Positions 17,386 through 18,788 of a stretch of DNA of 18,788 bases are shown one piece after another. Position 1 is the first letter of the stretch, and each line of letters opens with the position of its first letter. Source of the stretch: Ignisphaera sp. (GTDB lineage: Archaea; Thermoproteota; Thermoprotei_A; Sulfolobales; Ignisphaeraceae). A program made the translations under genes and the position numbers. The DNA lies in assembly GCA_038821645.1 (NCBI GenBank), contig JAWBDT010000022.1, positions 1 to 18,788 of the forward strand, written 5' to 3'. The notes under the pieces were generated by a model that was not told where the DNA came from, ran no database searches, and saw only the letters and a program-made list of their open reading frames with translations.

Positions 17386-18788
17386 TTAGACTGTTTTGAG
17401 TATGTTTTTTAGATGTTTATATATATTTTCAATTGTTTCAGTATCTTTATATCCTATGTAGAGTTCATTGTTTTGTTTACATATCTTTACGAAATCTCTT
17501 AGTAGACCTGCATGAGCTATCAAATTCCTCTCTGATATTCGTTGACTATGTTGTTTATCGGTATTTTCAACAGTTTTTAGTTCTGAAATTTCTCTATATT
17601 CTCTACATTCATTTTCTTTTATCTTGTCTTTACTTAAGTACTCTATGATACTGATTTCATTTTGGATCAAGTAGTTTAATGCAAAGTTGATTCTTGTGTA
17701 GATGTTTTCAGCCAAGTATTTGAGTAGAGATAGTTTAAACATGATACTGTTTTTTGCTTGAGATCTAGTATTCTGATCGATTTCGTATATAGGATTCTGA
17801 TGCTTATCTATAAGATTCTCCACATGTCTACAAACAGAATCAGTTATCAGTAGACTCCACAGAGTATTCAACTTAATTGATATACTTCTCTCGATACATT
17901 TATCTCTAATCTTCACGTTCTCTATCCACATATTCTTGATCTTCGATAAAAGTTCCTGAAAATCTTTAATACATTTACTATCACTACTACACATATCTTT
18001 ACGATTTTTCCAGTAATTCTGATAATCATAGCATGAATATAGTAATGCTAGAGGTGATGGTGAGTAAAGTGATGCTAGAACATTCTTGATGATGCCCTTG
18101 AGCTTGTTATCTATAACGCTACGAAGATTCTTTGTAGACTCATTATCTAAATTTTTATCGTTTCTTTTAGCTTCTTCAACACATCTACTATTCTTACTAA
18201 ATGAAACAAAGTCTTTTAGATCATCTGGTCGAGGAATCTCTATTTCTGTAACCTGTTTCTCGAAAACTCTATTGATGTTTAGCTCAGGCTTGTCAGAGCT
18301 ACTTTTTGGTGGATATGGATCTGAGTTGTATATCTCGAGAAATACATTAATGTTGTAGCGTAGCCTAAGAATTTGAGCAACAATTTCTGAAACCTTTGCT
18401 GTTAATACAGGTGAATAGTTTATACCGTGAGTTGAATCAAATACTACAGTAATATTATCACAATTTCTAACTAAAGACTTATCTAGATTAGCCAAATCTT
18501 CACCTAAGCTAATCAGGGATAGAGCTACATAATCTTCAACACTACCAACAAACCTAAACAAACCACCAGGAGACCCCAAAGCCGGTAGTACTACAACTTT
18601 CACTACATTACGTAGACTATTTATAATATCCTTATAACTAGACCCTTCTATAATATCCTTATAACTAGACCCTTCGAAAGATTTTTCGAGAAGTTCTTTA
18701 TAAACATGCTCATAAAATTTAGATACACCCTCAATCAGCCTATGATAGTCACTAAAACAACCATCACCAAAACGATAACCATTTTCAA
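17386..18788 (-). CDS. csx1: CRISPR-associated CARF-HEPN ribonuclease Csx1 (DxTHG family); 5' end lies outside the window
   Basis: VVLPALG, DSTHGINY (DxTHG), YNSDP and HEPN RxxxxH motif RNLIAHAG. The frame stays open upstream of the ORF-track GTG 18603 to the window edge (ENGYRFGDGCFSDYHRLIEG...). Confidence 0.92.
   Translation of the reverse strand, partial: ENGYRFGDGCFSDYHRLIEGVSKFYEHVYKELLEKSFEGSSYKDIIEGSSYKDIINSLRNVVKVVVLPALGSPGGLFRFVGSVEDYVALSLISLGEDLANLDKSLVRNCDNITVVFDSTHGINYSPVLTAKVSEIVAQILRLRYNINVFLEIYNSDPYPPKSSSDKPELNINRVFEKQVTEIEIPRPDDLKDFVSFSKNSRCVEEAKRNDKNLDNESTKNLRSVIDNKLKGIIKNVLASLYSPSPLALLYSCYDYQNYWKNRKDMCSSDSKCIKDFQELLSKIKNMWIENVKIRDKCIERSISIKLNTLWSLLITDSVCRHVENLIDKHQNPIYEIDQNTRSQAKNSIMFKLSLLKYLAENIYTRINFALNYLIQNEISIIEYLSKDKIKENECREYREISELKTVENTDKQHSQRISERNLIAHAGLLRDFVKICKQNNELYIGYKDTETIENIYKHLKNILKTV
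18622..18675. repeat. Perfect 27-bp tandem duplication inside csx1 (EGSSYKDII x2)
   Basis: TATAATATCCTTATAACTAGACCCTTC at 18622-18648 and 18649-18675. Confidence 0.95.

Noticed and set aside
17433-18358. Plus-strand ORFs 17433-17648 and 18086-18358
   Set aside because: Antisense to csx1.
18601-18603. GTG start for csx1 given by the ORF track
   Set aside because: The frame is open to the window edge, so the real start is probably further upstream.

Overview
AT-rich archaeal DNA. The ATA/AGA/CTA codon use, GGTG Shine-Dalgarno sites and CRISPR repeat type suggest a thermophilic crenarchaeon (inference). From left to right the window holds: the trailer end of a CRISPR array (12 copies of a 25-bp repeat); a leftward anaerobic corrin-ring operon, cbiG-E-X/C-H-D-T-L-F; a divergent rightward tetrapyrrole operon, hemA-B-L-C-cobA-hemD-sirC; a leftward ECF Co/Ni transporter operon, cbiM-(N)-Q-O; about 700 bp of palindrome-rich non-coding DNA; and a csx1 (CARF-HEPN) gene cut by the right window edge. 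Two signals are not explained by the gene list. (1) A 21-bp pseudo-palindrome, ATATGGCT-N8-CACAT, sits at the start of all three B12-related operons and is a candidate operator for an archaeal cobalamin/cobalt regulon. (2) The 5' ends of the paralogues cbiF and cobA share a perfect 58-bp inverted repeat 10.4 kb apart, pointing to gene conversion and a possible gene-preserving inversion.
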